The position numbers and the translations under genes are program-made. From the sequence record KJ019143.1: DNA of 64,000 nt; one strand, given 5' to 3'. Of this stretch, positions 9,392 through 17,921 are shown one piece after another. A model generated the notes under the pieces. The model was not told where the DNA came from and ran no database searches. It was given only the letters and a program-made list of their open reading frames with translations. Numbering within the stretch: the stretch's first letter is position 1; the number at the start of each line of letters is the position of its first letter.

Positions 9392-9430
9392 AAACACATA
9401 AATAAGATATGTAAAGTTCTTATTACAACA

Positions 9431-9540
9431 CTTCCATCTAACCGAGACCTACGGGGAAGTAAAATACGTCTCTAATACCTACACCGGAGGGTGGTGTAGG
9501 AATAATACTATCGTCAGCTCCCCCTGGCACTACTTACCCT
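9431..9540 (+). ncRNA. Structured psbA 5' leader, PhotoRC-II-like RNA motif
   Basis: CTTCC(9431-35)/GGAAG(9455-59) stem crossed by GAGAC(9444-48)/GTCTC(9468-72), plus hairpin CCTACACC/GGTGTAGG (9478-9500). Position matches the PhotoRC-II motif. Confidence 0.7.
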
Positions 9541-9549
9541 TTTTACACA

Positions 9550-10629
9550 ATGGCTTCAACACTTACACGCCGTCAAGGCGCATCTATCTGGGATCAGTTT
9601 TGTTCCTGGGTCACATCAACCAACAATCGTCTTTACGTCGGTTGGTTCGGTGTTCTAATGATTCCTACATTGTTAGCCGCAACTGTATGTTTCATTATCG
9701 CTTTCGTGGGTGCTCCCCCAGTGGACATCGACGGAATCCGTGAACCAGTAGCTGGTTCACTCATGTATGGAAACAACATCATCTCTGGTGCAGTTGTTCC
9801 TAGTTCAAACGCAATCGGTTTACACTTCTACCCCATCTGGGAAGCTGCATCACTTGATGAATGGCTTTACAATGGTGGTCCTTTCCAACTAGTTGTCTTC
9901 CACTTCCTTATCGGTATCTACGCCTATATGGGACGTGAATGGGAACTCTCTTATCGTTTAGGTATGAGACCTTGGATCTGTGTAGCATACTCTGCACCAG
10001 TTGCAGCAGCTTCAGCAGTATTCCTAGTCTATCCTTTCGGTCAAGGTTCATTCTCAGACGCGATGCCCTTGGGTATCTCTGGAACATTCAACTACATGTT
10101 GGTCTTCCAAGCAGAACATAACATCTTGATGCACCCCTTCCACATGTTGGGAGTCGCAGGTGTCTTCGGTGGTTCATTGTTCTCAGCGATGCATGGTTCA
10201 CTTGTTACCTCTTCACTTGTCCGTGAGACAACTGAAACTGAGTCACAGAACTATGGTTACAAGTTCGGTCAAGAAGAAGAGACCTATAACATCGTGGCAG
10301 CCCATGGCTACTTCGGTCGTTTGATCTTCCAATACGCTTCATTCAACAACTCACGCTCACTCCACTTCTTCTTAGCCGCATGGCCAGTTGTGGGTATCTG
10401 GTTCACCGCACTTGGTGTTTCCACAATGGCATTCAACCTCAATGGTTTCAACTTCAACCAGTCTGTTATCGACGGACAAGGTAGAGTATTGAACACCTGG
10501 GCGGATGTTCTTAACAGAGCTGGTCTTGGGATGGAAGTAATGCATGAGAGAAATGCACACAACTTCCCACTAGATTTGGCAGCAGCTGAGTCCACACCAG
10601 TGGCTCTAATTGCACCATCTGTTGGTTGA
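9550..10629 (+). CDS. psbA: Photosystem II D1 protein
   Basis: Full-length D1: '[10 protein letters not shown]', '[10 protein letters not shown]', '[13 protein letters not shown]'. No intron. Confidence 0.99.
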   Translation: MASTLTRRQGASIWDQFCSWVTSTNNRLYVGWFGVLMIPTLLAATVCFIIAFVGAPPVDIDGIREPVAGSLMYGNNIISGAVVPSSNAIGLHFYPIWEAASLDEWLYNGGPFQLVVFHFLIGIYAYMGREWELSYRLGMRPWICVAYSAPVAAASAVFLVYPFGQGSFSDAMPLGISGTFNYMLVFQAEHNILMHPFHMLGVAGVFGGSLFSAMHGSLVTSSLVRETTETESQNYGYKFGQEEETYNIVAAHGYFGRLIFQYASFNNSRSLHFFLAAWPVVGIWFTALGVSTMAFNLNGFNFNQSVIDGQGRVLNTWADVLNRAGLGMEVMHERNAHNFPLDLAAAESTPVALIAPSVG

Positions 10630-10650
10630 TCACTCAACCTGTGGTATGAT

Positions 10651-10679
10651 AAAGGGGGACTTCGGTCCCCTTTCTTTTT
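10651..10679 (+). terminator. Intrinsic terminator with UUCG loop
   Basis: GGGGAC-TTCG-GTCCCC followed by a T-rich tail. Confidence 0.85.
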
Positions 10680-10699
10680 CTTTTGTAATGTAAAGTTTT

Positions 10700-10930
10700 A
10701 TGTCTCACGATCTAATCGAATTGCTCACTTACTATGTGATCGGTGGTGCCCTTATCATAGGACCACCCGCTATCTTTCTCATCATTGCTATGATGGCAGC
10801 ACTCCAAAATACGAAAGGTCGCATGGTTGGATACAAAGATCACAAAACTTATGGTGATTCATCCATCTACGATCCGGCACCAAAATTGCCAGTAGATCAA
10901 ACAAAATTCTTCTTGGAACTTAACAACTGA
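10700..10930 (+). CDS. Small membrane protein between psbA and psbD
   Basis: N-terminal hydrophobic helix and clean gene spacing. Confidence 0.7.
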   Translation: MSHDLIELLTYYVIGGALIIGPPAIFLIIAMMAALQNTKGRMVGYKDHKTYGDSSIYDPAPKLPVDQTKFFLELNN

Positions 10931-10941
10931 GGTAAACAAAA

Positions 10942-11997
10942 ATGACGACAAGTACACTTACAACACCACAAAGGGGGTGGTTTGATCTACTGGACGATTG
11001 GATCAAGAGAGATAGATTTATCTTTATTGGTTGGTCTGGACTTCTCCTTCTCCCCTGTGCATATCTCTCTATTGGTGGATGGCTCACTGGAACGACATTC
11101 GTAACTTCATGGTATACGCATGGACTCGCCTCCTCTTATTTGGAAGGTGCAAACTTCTTGACGGCGGCTGTCTCGACTCCTGCTGATGCTATGGGTCATT
11201 CTCTCCTTCTACTTTGGGGTCCTGAATCTCAGGGCGACTTCCAGCGGTGGCTCCAACTTGGAGGGCTTTGGTCATTTGTTGCTCTCCATGGTGCCTTCGC
11301 TCTAATTGGATTCATGCTTCGTCAGTTTGAACTGGCAAGACTCATTGGTATCCGTCCCTACAACGCTATTGCATTCAGTGGTCCTATCGCTGTATTTGTC
11401 AGTGTGTTTCTTCTATACCCACTAGGTCAATCTTCCTGGTTCTTTGCCCCCTCCTTTGGTGTGGCAGCAATCTTTAGATTCCTATTGTTTCTTCAGGGTT
11501 TCCACAACTGGACACTGAACCCCTTCCATATGATGGGAGTTGCTGGTATACTAGGTGGAGCACTACTATCTGCAATCCATGGCGTTACTGTTGAAAATAC
11601 CCTATATGAAGATGGAGAACAGAACAACACCTTCACTGCGTTCGATTCCACGCAGGAGGAAGAGACCTATTCGATGGTTACTGCGAACCGCTTCTGGTCG
11701 CAAATCTTCGGGGTTGCGTTTAGTAATAAGCGTTGGCTTCACTTCTTTATGTTGTTTGTTCCTGTCATGGGTCTTTGGGTCTCAAGTATTGGGATCATTG
11801 GGCTTGCTCTTAATCTTCGTGCTTATGATTTTGTGAGCCAAGAGATTAGAGCAGCAGAAGATCCTGAGTTTGAAACTTTCTACACAAAGAACATCCTTCT
11901 TAACGAAGGACTAAGAGCATGGATGGCACCTGTGGATCAACCACATGAGTCATTTGTATTCCCAGAAGAAGTTCTACCTAGAGGTAACGCATTGTGA
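10942..11997 (+). CDS. psbD: Photosystem II D2 protein
   Basis: '[11 protein letters not shown]', '[12 protein letters not shown]', '[10 protein letters not shown]'. RBS GAGG upstream. Confidence 0.99.
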   Translation: MTTSTLTTPQRGWFDLLDDWIKRDRFIFIGWSGLLLLPCAYLSIGGWLTGTTFVTSWYTHGLASSYLEGANFLTAAVSTPADAMGHSLLLLWGPESQGDFQRWLQLGGLWSFVALHGAFALIGFMLRQFELARLIGIRPYNAIAFSGPIAVFVSVFLLYPLGQSSWFFAPSFGVAAIFRFLLFLQGFHNWTLNPFHMMGVAGILGGALLSAIHGVTVENTLYEDGEQNNTFTAFDSTQEEETYSMVTANRFWSQIFGVAFSNKRWLHFFMLFVPVMGLWVSSIGIIGLALNLRAYDFVSQEIRAAEDPEFETFYTKNILLNEGLRAWMAPVDQPHESFVFPEEVLPRGNAL

Positions 11998-12239
11998 TTA
12001 ACGCACTCTTCACTTTTATATTTGCTGCGGTGATGTGGGTGCAAGTCCCACAGTGGCAGGATGATTGGTCTAAGTGCGCAGTAGATGTACCTGATGTTCA
12101 ATGTCATTGGTATATCACAGCACCCGATAGCACCATGGGTGAAGGATTTAGTTGGGCGAATGCCCCTTGGTTCAGTGCTGAAGGTCTCCTTGATATTGGA
12201 GAACTTCACAACACAGTTCAATCACTTCAGGAGGCATGA
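11994..12239 (+). CDS. Conserved cyanophage/picocyanobacterial hypothetical protein with signal-like N-terminus
   Basis: GTGA overlap with psbD. 'WVQVPQW.DDWSKC...CHWYI.AP'. Confidence 0.7.
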   Translation: MINALFTFIFAAVMWVQVPQWQDDWSKCAVDVPDVQCHWYITAPDSTMGEGFSWANAPWFSAEGLLDIGELHNTVQSLQEA

Positions 12240-12451
12240 TGAATATATTATTTTTAGTATTATACTTCGTCTGTTTCTGTCTCATTGCAGGTGGTGCCGC
12301 AGCTATGATGTATGCAAACATACAATCTATCTGGAACACACCACCCGCTCCACCTAAACCAATTCATCCTGAGGCACCTGTAGCAGGTGAAGAGGTTATG
12401 TATGTCGATCTAACAAGAGAAAAACTGGAAGATTTGTACCATGAACATTGA
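12236..12451 (+). CDS. Small membrane protein
   Basis: ATGA overlap, N-terminal TM helix, Pro-rich 'PIHPEAP' tail. Confidence 0.7.
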   Translation: MMNILFLVLYFVCFCLIAGGAAAMMYANIQSIWNTPPAPPKPIHPEAPVAGEEVMYVDLTREKLEDLYHEH

Positions 12452-12563
12452 ATACCTTTTAGGTTGGGTTGCTATTCTTGTTTTGTTTATAGCAACACAG
12501 AATACTGATGATGACGATGATCCAGAAGGTGGTATGATGGTTCCTTCCACTCAATCTACATAA
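12441..12563 (+). CDS. Small membrane protein, 40 aa (MNIEYLLGWVAILVLFIATQNTDDDDDPEGGMMVP...), not in ORF track
   Basis: TM helix followed by an acidic DDDDD-xGGMM tail. Ends just before a terminator. Confidence 0.7.
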   Translation: MNIEYLLGWVAILVLFIATQNTDDDDDPEGGMMVPSTQST

Positions 12564-12573
12564 CAAAACTACA

Positions 12574-12601
12574 AGGGGATTGCTAACAATCCTCTTTTTT
12601 T
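12574..12601 (+). terminator. Intrinsic terminator
   Basis: AGGGGATTG/CAATCCTCT stem plus T run. Confidence 0.75.
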
Positions 12602-12685
12602 GTATCGTTATTTTGTTTGATTGTTATATATTGTGTGTATTCTCACACAAACCATATACATAGAGTGTAGAACAAGAGGAGTATT

Positions 12686-12886
12686 ATGTTATCACATAAT
12701 CTTATTTCGCATAACCAATTAGAAGGTTGGCGAGAATCTTTTCAGAAGATAGATAAATCTACCAATAGAACAACAGACGAACTAAACCTAATTAATGATT
12801 ACTATGATTGCTTAATAGAGTGTGATGATAACCAATCAGCATGTAAGCGTATCTGTAAACATGTATTGACATCTCCACCAATTTAA
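12686..12886 (+). CDS. Hypothetical protein with CxxxC-x7-CxxxC motif
   Basis: AGGAG RBS; 'DCLIECDDNQSACKRIC'. Confidence 0.8.
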   Translation: MLSHNLISHNQLEGWRESFQKIDKSTNRTTDELNLINDYYDCLIECDDNQSACKRICKHVLTSPPI

Positions 12887-12899
12887 ATATGTTAGAATG

Positions 12900-12925
12900 G
12901 AGGGTATAACAACCCTCTTTTTTTT
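12900..12925 (+). terminator. Intrinsic terminator
   Basis: GAGGGT/ACCCTC stem plus T run. Confidence 0.75.
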
Positions 12926-13093
12926 ATGCGATTCGATTTAACCATGGATGATTATGCCATCATCCTCAACGCATTACACTATTATAAGAAAGTAGAGAAG
13001 CGTGGCAACTTCAAGCAGTATAATGAGGAGCGAGTTAACGATCTTAGGGACCGAATGGCCCACCAAATCGTCTGGGAACAGGGTGAAGAGTAG
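12926..13093 (+). CDS. Hypothetical protein, 55 aa (MRFDLTMDDYAIILNALHYYKK...), not in ORF track
   Basis: Open frame with protein-like composition that fills the intergenic gap. Confidence 0.65.
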   Translation: MRFDLTMDDYAIILNALHYYKKVEKRGNFKQYNEERVNDLRDRMAHQIVWEQGEE

Positions 13094-13208
13094 CAAATAC
13101 CACCATTTTCAGGAACCTCTCACCAAACCTTTGGGATACACTATGGGAAAACGGGTTGTTGATCGCCTATAATAAGGGGGTAGAACACAACTGGAGAGAA
13201 AATCCACT

Positions 13209-13589
13209 ATGAAAATCCAACAATCAATGCTTCGTCGTCTCGCCGCTAAGAAAGGAAAGACGCAGAACGGATTCACACTAATTGAACTGATGGTGGTTGT
13301 TGCTATCGTTGGTGTCCTGTCCGCTGTAGCACTTCCTCAACTCACTAAAGCACAAGACCGTGCTAAGTCCGCAGCCGCATCTTCCACCGCATTAAACGCT
13401 GCTAAGACTTGTTCAATCGCTATCATCGGCGGTGATTCTACAGAGGGTGACGTCGCTGAAGTTACCACAGGGGACGTTACCAATGGAGCGATCACTTGTG
13501 CTGATGATGCCGAATTCGTATTCATCGGTGGCGGAGACACATGGACAGTAGCGATGGATGACGGCATTCCCGGTAACCCTTCTAAGTAA
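13209..13589 (+). CDS. Type IVa pilin (prepilin with class III signal peptide)
   Basis: Basic leader, 'QNG|FTLIELMVVVAIVGVLSAVALP' with G-1, F+1 and E+5, and a Cys pair in the globular domain. Confidence 0.92.
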   Translation: MKIQQSMLRRLAAKKGKTQNGFTLIELMVVVAIVGVLSAVALPQLTKAQDRAKSAAASSTALNAAKTCSIAIIGGDSTEGDVAEVTTGDVTNGAITCADDAEFVFIGGGDTWTVAMDDGIPGNPSK

Positions 13590-13595
13590 AAATCA

Positions 13596-14159
13596 ATGAA
13601 CCTAATGTCCGCTCTGGTAGGACTTAGTGTTATGGGGGCTGCGGCTCCCTCAATAACACAAATGTCCATCGCACCATTCGAAGCTCAAAAGAGAGCACAA
13701 AACCTTGGAGTCGCTGAAACTGCTGCTGTAGTATTCGCCGCTACTTACGAAGGTAAGCTCGAACTCCCAGAAGATACAGACACCTGTGTATCAAAGTTAC
13801 GTGAAGGTACTGCAAACGCTTTTAGCGTTACCTGTACTGAAGGTGATGGTAAGTATGTCCAAAGTGTCACTCGTGCCTTCCGTCTAGCTGTACCTGATTC
13901 AGAACTAGATGGTGGTAATGGAACTGATACAAGCAGAGAGTTTGCATTTGAAACTCCTACTCGTTTCTCAGGACACCAATGTCCAATTCACGACAGATGG
14001 GGAACTAATGGATACAACGATAGAAATTACTCTGCCTTAGGTGGAGCTTGTATTCCTAACGATGGTTGGAATCAAACTAATTATCAGTTCTCTAATCCAG
14101 ACGCTTGGCTTTATGACATCAACAACCGTAATGGTTGGGGAGCACATCCTGACTACTAA
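13596..14159 (+). CDS. Pilin-like exported protein lacking a prepilin leader
   Basis: Long N-terminal hydrophobic/amphipathic helix and four Cys. Starts 6 nt after the pilin. Confidence 0.5.
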   Translation: MNLMSALVGLSVMGAAAPSITQMSIAPFEAQKRAQNLGVAETAAVVFAATYEGKLELPEDTDTCVSKLREGTANAFSVTCTEGDGKYVQSVTRAFRLAVPDSELDGGNGTDTSREFAFETPTRFSGHQCPIHDRWGTNGYNDRNYSALGGACIPNDGWNQTNYQFSNPDAWLYDINNRNGWGAHPDY

Positions 14160-14341
14160 TGATTGAGTTACTCGCATCTAGCATTATCATTTACGGTAAT
14201 GCCAACGGGGTGTGGTCTCCCTCACATCCCGATATTTATCCTTATTCAGAACCACCTACACGAGTAGAAAAACCTGAAACTCCAAAAACATCTACGACTA
14301 GCGGAAATGGAGATATCATTTTCCCTCAACTATTAGAATAA
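14159..14341 (+). CDS. Hypothetical protein, 60 aa, Pro/Thr-rich
   Basis: TAATG overlap with the upstream gene; ends before a terminator. Confidence 0.6.
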   Translation: MIELLASSIIIYGNANGVWSPSHPDIYPYSEPPTRVEKPETPKTSTTSGNGDIIFPQLLE

Positions 14342-14362
14342 CTAAAACTAGGAAACACACAC

Positions 14363-14385
14363 AGGAGGGCAACCCTCCTTTTTTT
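14363..14385 (+). terminator. Intrinsic terminator closing the pilin cassette
   Basis: AGGAGGG-CAA-CCCTCCT plus T run, immediately followed by TGCTATAAT. Confidence 0.8.
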
Positions 14386-14400
14386 GTGCTATAATTATAA

Positions 14401-14700
14401 GTGAGTTGTGAGATTTCTATGGACGAAAGAATAAGAACTTTATATGTCTTTCAGTCGGATGATCGTCTTATAACTCATGACGGGCATGTCCAACTAGGTT
14501 GTCATAACATGACCATGGAAAAGTTTATGTCTTTCGATAGGGAGAATATCCGATACATCGAAACCTACTGGTTGCCTGATGTATTTGGAAATAGGTATAA
14601 GCGTTCTAACTTCCAAGCACACCAGAGGGTATCTGGGGAGAAGGGTGTATTAGAACTATCTAATAACCAACCAGGAAACAGACTTGATAGGTCTGTATAA
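14401..14700 (+). CDS. Hypothetical protein
   Basis: ORF behind an extended -10 element. Start may be ATG 14418-region instead. Confidence 0.6.
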   Translation: MSCEISMDERIRTLYVFQSDDRLITHDGHVQLGCHNMTMEKFMSFDRENIRYIETYWLPDVFGNRYKRSNFQAHQRVSGEKGVLELSNNQPGNRLDRSV

Positions 14701-14728
14701 GGCACCTATATACACAAAAAGGATTCCT

Positions 14729-14938
14729 ATGGGACCTATAATTGTATTTGCTTGTTTTCTACCTATAGTTGCTATATTCATTGTAATAAAACTAGCTGTT
14801 TGGGTAGAAGCTGTTAACTCCGAAACAAACTATGTCAGAGAAGAACCTTCAAGACAACGAGGACCTTGGGTGGAAAACCCATATGAGGATATTGATGTTG
14901 AGGAAGAGGAGTATGGAGATCGCACAGACTATCGATGA
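14729..14938 (+). CDS. Small membrane protein
   Basis: N-terminal TM helix and acidic tail. ATG 14729 preferred as start. Confidence 0.65.
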   Translation: MGPIIVFACFLPIVAIFIVIKLAVWVEAVNSETNYVREEPSRQRGPWVENPYEDIDVEEEEYGDRTDYR

Positions 14939-15065
14939 AGCGATTAACGACTATTATTCGCTTCATGGACTCCCTGTTCCCGATTGGAAACTGAAAAAGA
15001 ATCCAGACTGGTGGATTGAATACTTACTTTCTCTTGGATTAACTGATAACAATGAACCCCTTTAA
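14913..15065 (+). CDS. Hypothetical protein, 50 aa (MEIAQTIDEAINDYY...)
   Basis: GAGGAG RBS directly upstream of ATG 14913. Confidence 0.7.
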   Translation: MEIAQTIDEAINDYYSLHGLPVPDWKLKKNPDWWIEYLLSLGLTDNNEPL

Positions 15066-15222
15066 GATACTCGGACCTTTCCTAAACCTATTGGTGGTGT
15101 ATAGTCTATGGTATTCTGACTTATACAGTAGGAATCGATACTACGCATATGGTATTGTATTACTACACATTCTCGTACTGGCATCAATTCCAACCATACC
15201 CGCAATTCTATATTGGTATTAA
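15052..15222 (+). CDS. Hydrophobic protein, 56 aa (MNPFKILGPF...), not in ORF track
   Basis: Two hydrophobic segments; fills the gap before talC. Confidence 0.55.
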   Translation: MNPFKILGPFLNLLVVYSLWYSDLYSRNRYYAYGIVLLHILVLASIPTIPAILYWY

Positions 15223-15224
15223 TT

Positions 15225-15875
15225 ATGAAGATCTTTTTAGACACTGCTGACTTGAATGAGATCAGAGAAGCATCATCCACTGGTTTGATTGATGGGGTGA
15301 CTACCAACCCAACACTCATTCTAAAGAGTGGTAATGACCTATACTCCACTGCAAAACTATTACAACTAGAATACCCCACATTTGAGAGTATCTCCACTGA
15401 GGTGGTTGCAGACACCGCAGAGGAGATGGTAGAGCAGGCACGTCAGTATCTTAATATTGGATCTGCAATCACTGTTAAGGTTCCTTGTACTGTAGAGGGT
15501 CTTAAGGCGTGTAGAACACTCTCAGAGGAGGGTGTGAAGACCAATGTGACCCTTGTGTTCTCTGTATCCCAGGCTATCCTGGCAGCTAAGTCAGGAGCCA
15601 CCTACGTGTCTCCCTTTGTTGGTAGGGTGAATGATAACTCCTTCAGTGGAGTTGCACTTATCCAAGCTATCTCAGAGACCTTCTCCCTACACAGGGTGAA
15701 GACAGAGGTATTGGCAGCCTCAGTTCGTGAAGCAAACCAAGTAGGACGTTGTTTTGCAGCTGGTGCTGACATTTGCACCATCCCAACCAAAGTATTCTGG
15801 AAGATGTACGAGCACATTCTCACAGAGAAAGGTTTAGAACTCTTCCAAAAGGACTGGGAGAACTCAGTACGATAA
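15225..15875 (+). CDS. talC: Transaldolase (TalC/MipB type)
   Basis: 'MKIFLDTAD', 'GVTTNPTLI', Schiff-base 'VKVP' and 'YVSPFVGR'. Confidence 0.96.
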   Translation: MKIFLDTADLNEIREASSTGLIDGVTTNPTLILKSGNDLYSTAKLLQLEYPTFESISTEVVADTAEEMVEQARQYLNIGSAITVKVPCTVEGLKACRTLSEEGVKTNVTLVFSVSQAILAAKSGATYVSPFVGRVNDNSFSGVALIQAISETFSLHRVKTEVLAASVREANQVGRCFAAGADICTIPTKVFWKMYEHILTEKGLELFQKDWENSVR

Positions 15876-15903
15876 AGTGTGAATATTCACACTTTAAGTA
15901 TTA

Positions 15904-15911
15904 TATAAATA
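15904..15911 (+). promoter_or_regulatory. T4-type late promoter
   Basis: TATAAATA upstream of ORF 15939. Confidence 0.65.
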
Positions 15912-15938
15912 TTAAAGAATACATATTTCTTTGCATAA

Positions 15939-16145
15939 ATGAAACGTCCAGCCTTTTATTTGGTTGCGAGTGTTGTTATTGTTCAGATGTTAATGGCGGC
16001 GGGGGTATTATTTGGTTGTTTTGCACGACCGGATCCCCGTTGTACCGGAGATAAGGCATCTGATTTACTGAATAATATTATTGTACAAACTTTCGCACTC
16101 TATGCGGCTGAGAAAGTTTCCCATAAAGACGATAAACAAGTATAG
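15939..16145 (+). CDS. Small membrane protein under a late promoter
   Basis: TM helix and Cys pair. Confidence 0.6.
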   Translation: MKRPAFYLVASVVIVQMLMAAGVLFGCFARPDPRCTGDKASDLLNNIIVQTFALYAAEKVSHKDDKQV

Positions 16146-16184
16146 TGTGGTAGAATAGGGGAGAACACCTCCACCTATTTTTTT

Positions 16185-16673
16185 ATGCCTATCAATAAAG
16201 AGTATTATGATAAATGGTATGGGATATGGAGTTCCCAATCAGAAGATGTATTGGAAGTTACTGCCTTAGTTAGAGCTATTGAATGTACTAATGGGTGTAT
16301 TCAGTGGGCGTTTAGGGACGATGATGACAGGTCACTACCCATTGAGAAGACCAGAGAGGCTATGAAACTCTCCATGGGTGTGATGAAGAATAAGGTTTTA
16401 CCATTCCCTGATGGTGGGAAGTTTGTTATCCCAGAGGATGTAGTTCCCCTCATGGATAAGTCCAGAGATATTTACATTAGAGGATTCAAACAAGGTGATG
16501 AGGATGCCTACCAAGAGTTTATGGCACTATCCAAGTCACACTTTGTTGTAATGGGTAGAGAGAGGATGGATAGAAACTTCCAGAAGGTGAAGGATCATTT
16601 CATAGATGTGTTTAGTGACTACTGGATTGAGATGGGTAGGGGATATGTTTATGCCCTTGGGGAGTATGTATAA
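16185..16673 (+). CDS. Hypothetical protein
   Basis: 162-aa ORF with no recognised motif. Confidence 0.75.
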   Translation: MPINKEYYDKWYGIWSSQSEDVLEVTALVRAIECTNGCIQWAFRDDDDRSLPIEKTREAMKLSMGVMKNKVLPFPDGGKFVIPEDVVPLMDKSRDIYIRGFKQGDEDAYQEFMALSKSHFVVMGRERMDRNFQKVKDHFIDVFSDYWIEMGRGYVYALGEYV

Positions 16674-16697
16674 ATATCTGGTATCGCTTCTCCTCCA

Positions 16698-16889
16698 ATG
16701 GACGAAAATAGTGCATCACGTATTTTAGATTCAGCAGGAAAAGGTGGGCATGTTAATCCTACCGCCCTGGCTGTTACCATACGTGCCGCAGTGAAGGAAT
16801 GTCTAGACCATAATGGTATGGTTAGTATGTCATCCCTCTACGAACTCAGTTGTCAGTTGGAAAAGAAGGGAAAAGAGTGGTATGATTAG
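16698..16889 (+). CDS. Hypothetical protein
   Basis: Preceded by TATAAATA at 16669-16676. Confidence 0.65.
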   Translation: MDENSASRILDSAGKGGHVNPTALAVTIRAAVKECLDHNGMVSMSSLYELSCQLEKKGKEWYD

Positions 16890-16909
16890 TAAACTTATTT
16901 GGTGATGTC

Positions 16910-17110
16910 ATGAGTGAAAAACTTTGGGTGAAGATGGCGGAAGTATTCTACAATAAGGATGCCGAGACCGCAGAGCGAATGGGAGTTGAGAACTTCTTCA
17001 ATAAAGCAGCATCTAGAATGATTACAGTTGTTGCTGAGAGTATTGATGGGGAGGAGAGACTATACCTAGAAGAGCAATCCAAAATAGCAGAGGCTGAACA
17101 ACGAGTATGA
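16910..17110 (+). CDS. Hypothetical protein
   Basis: ATGA overlap with the next gene. Confidence 0.65.
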   Translation: MSEKLWVKMAEVFYNKDAETAERMGVENFFNKAASRMITVVAESIDGEERLYLEEQSKIAEAEQRV

Positions 17111-17334
17111 ACACTTACTATGTGATAGTATACACACTAGTATTCTTTGTTGGTGTATGTATTATTGAACCCAACCTACTCAAGTGGATAGAACTCCAGT
17201 TTAAGTGGGCAGGTATAAACGTTAGAAGAGCTATACTTATAGTTCAATTTCATCCACGTAACTTTGTTACCAACTGGATAATTCGTAGGAAGTTTCAGAA
17301 GATTATCAGAGAACATAGTCAACCTAAAGAGTAG
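17107..17334 (+). CDS. Small membrane protein
   Basis: N-terminal TM helix and basic tail. Confidence 0.65.
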   Translation: MNTYYVIVYTLVFFVGVCIIEPNLLKWIELQFKWAGINVRRAILIVQFHPRNFVTNWIIRRKFQKIIREHSQPKE

Positions 17335-17343
17335 GAGTTAGTT

Positions 17344-17520
17344 GTGATTGAGACTTTGGCATTTGTTTTCCTTTCATGCCAAGATGCACGTCAGGTTGCA
17401 GATCGTGCAATGAATACTGAGAGTATTACCAAAGAAGTAGCCATAGAAGTTATTATTGAACTTGATATAGCTTCTGGCGGCAAATGTAACTTACCTGGAA
17501 TAACTGATGGGCATGTTTGA
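17344..17520 (+). CDS. Hypothetical protein, 58 aa (GTG start, ..LAFVFLSCQDARQVADR..), not in ORF track
   Basis: AGGAG RBS at 17332-36 and an open frame filling the gap. Confidence 0.65.
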   Translation: MIETLAFVFLSCQDARQVADRAMNTESITKEVAIEVIIELDIASGGKCNLPGITDGHV

Positions 17521-17896
17521 TACTATAAGATGCTCCTATGATATTGGAGAACTAACTGATGTAGAATGTCAGTCTAAGAATATAGATGATTGGGGAGGCA
17601 CTATGTCTTTCTATTGGGTAGATCCTAATGGGAGGTTGTGGTCTCCCAGTTATGCTGGAACCTATGACTTTGTTCCTGAAGAGGGACCCTTCCCTGAGCT
17701 CGGAAAGGGGAAGCTTAGTCATGTACAATATTTGGGTACTACACCTAATGGAACTCATGGGAAGTATCAGTTCGTATCTATGACAAGATGTATAGAGATA
17801 TATGATACAAAAACACATGCAGATGGGTATGTAGAGTTTGTGACATGTTATTTGTCATTCTACCAAGGACTACTGAGAGATTACTTTTATAAATAA
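17507..17896 (+). CDS. Conserved phage hypothetical protein (MGMFDTIRCSY...)
   Basis: 129-aa ORF of the 'MGMFD..C...CQ.K' type. Confidence 0.75.
   Translation: MGMFDTIRCSYDIGELTDVECQSKNIDDWGGTMSFYWVDPNGRLWSPSYAGTYDFVPEEGPFPELGKGKLSHVQYLGTTPNGTHGKYQFVSMTRCIEIYDTKTHADGYVEFVTCYLSFYQGLLRDYFYK
17888..17895 (+). promoter_or_regulatory. T4-type late promoter
   Basis: TATAAATA 26 nt before ORF 17922. Confidence 0.75.
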
Positions 17897-17921
17897 GTCC
17901 ATATAGAGTTGTTTTTAACCA

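Noticed and set aside
9411-9426. GTA...TAC near the psbA promoter as an NtcA site
   Set aside because: Spacing is N10, not N8.
9550-11997. Intron, homing endonuclease or antisense RNA in psbA/psbD
   Set aside because: Both frames are continuous and normal length; no antisense promoter can be supported from sequence alone.
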